A stretch of 63,758 nt of DNA, counting the filler, from Folioceros fuciformis (Eukaryota): assembly GCA_049999805.1 (NCBI GenBank). It is 13 parts of 13 records of this genome, joined end to end, with 100 filler letters (N's around TTAATTAATTAA, not from the genome) between each part and the next. Parts side by side here need not be neighbours in the genome. Positions count along the whole stretch, not along the records: positions 62,574 to 63,758 come from JBNGIO010002069.1; 12 more parts are not named here. One strand, 5' to 3'. The notes beneath the pieces were generated by a model that saw only the letters and a list, made by a program, of their open reading frames with translations, made no database searches and had not been told where the DNA came from. Of this stretch, positions 63,248 to 63,758 are shown in pieces. The stretch's first letter is position 1; each line of letters begins with the position of its first letter. The position numbers and the translations under genes are program-made.

Positions 63248-63758
63248 CTACAGCTGAAAGGAATCTGATGATATGACCATATGGGTCCCACAAAACTGTA
63301 AGCACAACCCCCCGGGGATTGACAACCTAACATTCCTCTGTGAGTGCAGAACTGTGATCCTAAGACGCTCGACCTGATCAAAGGTAGTACTGTTACCGGT
63401 AAAGCCGTCTAGAAACTGTTTAAGAATCCTGCGCTGCAAAGCAACTGGAAGGGATTGCAGCAGCGAGACGTTGAGGCGCCTGCCTACTTCCTCACCAGAT
63501 GAAGAATATAGCGATGTTTCGGACTTGCATCTGATACTGTGGCACAAGCCATCCAGGTACAGATCCTCACCTTGCAGAATCTCCGCACACCTTGCGAGAG
63601 ACTTGTCTATTCCCGCCTGGAAGTGATGTCTAAGATAAGGGAGCAACTGATGCCGGATCCTATTCCTCTGTATCTCCAAAGAGTGATTGCTAGGATCCGG
63701 CCACAACGGTAAACCCACGAGCCCCCCGAACTTCCTGATCTCCGTCCTCGTAGTGTCG
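63248..63758 (-). CDS. tilS: 3' part of tRNA(Ile)-lysidine synthase, cyanobacterial/plastid type
   Basis: TRTEI..LPLWPDPSN..RNRIRHQLLPYL..LARCAEIL..EDLYL..LQSLPVALQRRILKQFL..TFDQVE. The frame is open at the window end. Confidence 0.85.
   Translation of the reverse strand, partial: DTTRTEIRKFGGLVGLPLWPDPSNHSLEIQRNRIRHQLLPYLRHHFQAGIDKSLARCAEILQGEDLYLDGLCHSIRCKSETSLYSSSGEEVGRRLNVSLLQSLPVALQRRILKQFLDGFTGNSTTFDQVERLRITVLHSQRNVRLSIPGGLCLQFCGTHMVISSDSFQL

Overview
Nuclear DNA of a land plant, probably a non-seed plant (hornwort, lycophyte or bryophyte type). This is inferred from short GT-AG introns, compact genes, many PLS-PPR remnants and TORNADO1-like genes. The window is not one molecule: it is 13 contigs joined by 12 artificial N44-TTAATTAATTAA-N44 linkers, so adjacency across linkers is unproven. 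Recognisable host genes: an M41-like HEXXH protease (At5g27290 type), U2 snRNA, a bZIP62-like factor, TRAP-alpha, a His-phosphotransfer protein, an ING PHD fragment, a complex I ferredoxin, lipid phosphate phosphatase delta, an NFD4-like MFS transporter, intron-containing tRNA-Met, MUB, an LPA1-like NTPase, and DUF2921 and TilS fragments. There is also a frameshifted COX10, PPR pseudogenes and Copia/Gypsy LTR debris. The standout is 29795-31210: a TORNADO1/ROCO-like C-terminal region fused in one ORF to a full p20+p10 domain of true-caspase type (KPKVVVINACRG, SFR, LYW end), not a metacaspase, with the catalytic His replaced by Phe. Other unusual items: a >1300-aa protein ending in a trypsin-like domain lacking the catalytic Ser, a decayed ParB-like gene beside an array of ~36-bp palindromes, an intronless HECT domain hit by a solo LTR, a U2 gene ~40 nt upstream of a protein start codon, and a cyanobacterial-type tilS. 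All family assignments come from motif recognition, not database searches.
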